Source: an uncultured Lachnospiraceae bacterium (GTDB lineage: Bacteria; Bacillota; Clostridia; Lachnospirales; Lachnospiraceae). From it: DNA of 36,826 nt. How positions within the stretch are numbered: position 1 is the stretch's first letter; each line of letters starts with the position of its first letter. Below, piece after piece: positions 35,305-36,826 of this stretch. The stretch is taken from positions 1 to 36,826 of the forward strand of contig CANREH010000022.1 of assembly GCA_947629585.1 (NCBI GenBank). The letters run 5' to 3'. Made by a program: the position numbers and the translations under genes. The notes under the pieces are model-generated. The model was not told the DNA's origin and ran no database searches. It saw only the letters and a list, made by a program, of their open reading frames with translations.

Positions 35305-35517
35305 ATGATGCCATTATCGATGGTGAAAGCAGGAGAGCCCTGTGAGATTAAAAAGATTGGCGGAAAAGAAGAGACAAGGCGCTTTCTGGAGAGGTTAGGC
35401 TTTGTGGCAGGCGGCATGGTGACGGTTGTGTCAGAAATCAACGGCAATATGATTGTTAATGTGAAGGATTCTAGGGTAGCGATTGGAAAAGACATGGCCT
35501 GCAAAATTTTGGTCTGA
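35305..35517 (+). CDS. feoA: FeoA-family protein (first copy)
   Basis: 70 aa, …GEPCEIKKIGGKEETRRFLERLGFVAGGMVTVVSE… is an SH3-like FeoA. GGAGG RBS. Confidence 0.8.
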   Translation: MMPLSMVKAGEPCEIKKIGGKEETRRFLERLGFVAGGMVTVVSEINGNMIVNVKDSRVAIGKDMACKILV

Positions 35518-35609
35518 GGAAGCTGGCAGGAAAATCTGTTTCTGTGCGCTGTCGGATGGATTTTTTGCGGTTTTAAAAGAAAGATTACAGCGCAGAAAAG
35601 AGGATAGTT

Positions 35610-35831
35610 ATGAAAACATTGAGAGAAACTGCCTGCGGCGAGACTGTCAGGGTAAAGAAGCTTTCCGGGGAAGGCCCTGTGAAGAGGCGTATTATGGATA
35701 TGGGCATTACGAAGGGCGTGGAGATCTATGTAAGGAAGGTTGCGCCGCTTGGCGATCCGGTGGAGGTTACGGTACGGGGATATGAGCTGTCCCTGCGGAA
35801 AGCGGATGCAGAAATGATTGAGGTAGAGTAA
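35610..35831 (+). CDS. feoA: FeoA-family protein (second copy)
   Basis: 73 aa, …GETVRVKKLSGEGPVKRRIMDMGITKGVEIYVRKVAPLGDPVEV…. Confidence 0.8.
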   Translation: MKTLRETACGETVRVKKLSGEGPVKRRIMDMGITKGVEIYVRKVAPLGDPVEVTVRGYELSLRKADAEMIEVE

Positions 35832-35909
35832 ATATTTTTTTTGCATCAGAAGTTAGTAAGAACTAATTAGTAATGACTAATTAAATGAAAAAAGAAAGGA
35901 GTATTAGAA

Positions 35910-36826
35910 ATGTCTGTTAAAATTGCATTAGCGGGAAATCCAAACTGCGGCAAAACCACATTATTTAATGCACTGACAGGTTCTAATCAGTTTGTCGGCA
36001 ACTGGCCGGGCGTCACGGTTGAAAAAAAGGAAGGAAAGTTAAAGAGCAATAAGGATGTCTCCATCATTGACCTGCCGGGGATCTATTCCCTTTCCCCGTA
36101 TACGCTGGAGGAAGTGGTGGCGAGGAATTATTTAATTACGGAGCGTCCTGACGCTATCATCAATATTGTTGACGGGACGAATATTGAGCGTAACCTGTAT
36201 CTGTCCACACAGCTTATGGAGCTTGGCATTCCGATTATTATGGCTGTGAATATGATGGATATTGTGGAGAAAAACGGCGATAAGATCTACATAGACAAAT
36301 TAAGTAAGAAGCTGGGCTGCGAGGCTGTGGAGATTTCCGCACTCAAAGGAACCGGAATTGATAAGGCGGTGCAGAGAGCAGTTTCCCTGGCGCAGGGGAA
36401 AAAGGCGGCTGTCCCTGTCCATGAATTTGCGGAGGAAGTGGAGCAGGCGGTTCATTCCGTGGAAGAAAAATTAGGTTCGGATGTAAAAGAGGAGCAGAAA
36501 CGTTTCTTTGCCATTAAGCTGTTGGAGCGGGATGACAAGATTTCGGAAATGATGTCCCAGGTTCCGAATGTGGACGGGGAGATCAAGGAACTGGAAGCAA
36601 AATTTGATGATGATACGGAAAGTATCATCACGAATGAGCGTTATGTTTATATTTCTTCCATCATTGGAGAATGTGTTGCGAAAAAGAAAAATTCCGGCAT
36701 GACTATTTCTGATAAAATTGACCAGATTGTGACAAACCGTATTTTAGCCCTGCCGATTTTCGCTTTGGTGATGTTTCTTGTTTACTATGTTTCCGTCACT
36801 ACGGTTGGAACATGGGCGACGGACTG
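35910..36826 (+). CDS. feoB: Ferrous iron transporter FeoB; 3'-partial, continues beyond the window
   Basis: G1 GNPNCGKTT, G3 DLPG, and a following GDI/membrane region. RBS AAAGGAG before the ATG at 35910. Confidence 0.9.
   Translation, partial: MSVKIALAGNPNCGKTTLFNALTGSNQFVGNWPGVTVEKKEGKLKSNKDVSIIDLPGIYSLSPYTLEEVVARNYLITERPDAIINIVDGTNIERNLYLSTQLMELGIPIIMAVNMMDIVEKNGDKIYIDKLSKKLGCEAVEISALKGTGIDKAVQRAVSLAQGKKAAVPVHEFAEEVEQAVHSVEEKLGSDVKEEQKRFFAIKLLERDDKISEMMSQVPNVDGEIKELEAKFDDDTESIITNERYVYISSIIGECVAKKKNSGMTISDKIDQIVTNRILALPIFALVMFLVYYVSVTTVGTWATD

Noticed and set aside
35220-35846. 208-aa minus-strand ORF
   Set aside because: It lies entirely antisense to the two well-supported feoA genes and their promoter. 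It has no RBS and a low-complexity translation, so it is a spurious open frame.
1-36826. CRISPR arrays, tRNA/rRNA genes, transposases or integrases
   Set aside because: No short direct-repeat/spacer periodicity, no cloverleaf-like candidates and no DDE/tyrosine-recombinase-like translations were found on either strand.

Overview
This is a 36.8-kb Firmicutes (Clostridia-like) chromosomal segment with about 50% GC coding density. Two visibly AT-rich, accessory-looking stretches (roughly 9.6-11.0 kb and 22.2-27.6 kb) interrupt it. From start to end it contains:
(1) The 3' part of an FtsX/BceB-type permease gene.
(2) A minus-strand six-gene operon that combines two mechanistically unrelated sulfatases with an SsuABC/TauABC-like importer. 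The operon holds an anaerobic sulfatase-maturating radical-SAM/SPASM enzyme, a cytoplasmic formylglycine-type sulfatase (CSATR motif), an SdsA1-like MBL-fold alkylsulfatase and the three ABC importer genes.
(3) A 5'-truncated, twice-frameshifted remnant of an AlbA_2/HATPase_c_4-type regulator.
(4) A standalone zinc-ribbon, tail-anchored membrane protein that is a paralog of the YdjG-like gene further downstream.
(5) A long plus-strand operon behind a hairpin-rich leader. It encodes a four-component flavin/iron-sulfur dehydrogenase (HcnABC / opine-oxidase / archaeal PDH-like: a small 2Fe-2S protein, an FAD/NAD(P) protein with two 4Fe-4S clusters, a BFD-like 2Fe-2S protein and a DadA-like FAD protein). 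These are followed by an AraC regulator, a P-II-like protein, an APC amino-acid permease and an ornithine-cyclodeaminase/mu-crystallin-family enzyme.
(6) A cbiMQO ECF Co/Ni transporter in which CbiM carries a fused PDGLE domain.
(7) An AT-rich island that starts with a leaderless XRE regulator facing a set of secreted or surface proteins. These include a 500-aa Cys-rich protein of unknown function and a BspA-type LRR + Big_2 protein whose signal peptide is cut off by an in-frame amber codon. The island ends in a Uma2-endonuclease remnant.
(8) An RlmI-like SAM methyltransferase.
(9) A roughly 900-bp divergent intergenic region holding a 178-bp hairpin element flanked by perfect 18-bp inverted repeats, and a candidate small-RNA unit.
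(10) A pspA-ydjGHI-like envelope-stress operon (PspA, zinc-ribbon protein, TPM protein, SPFH protein), followed directly by a RACo-like 2Fe-2S/ASKHA ATPase.
(11) A SpmB-like membrane protein.
(12) A Fur-box-controlled feoA-feoA-feoB locus.
No rRNA, tRNA, CRISPR array, transposase or integrase was seen. Everything here is inferred by eye from the sequence and the ORF translations. No database searches were run.
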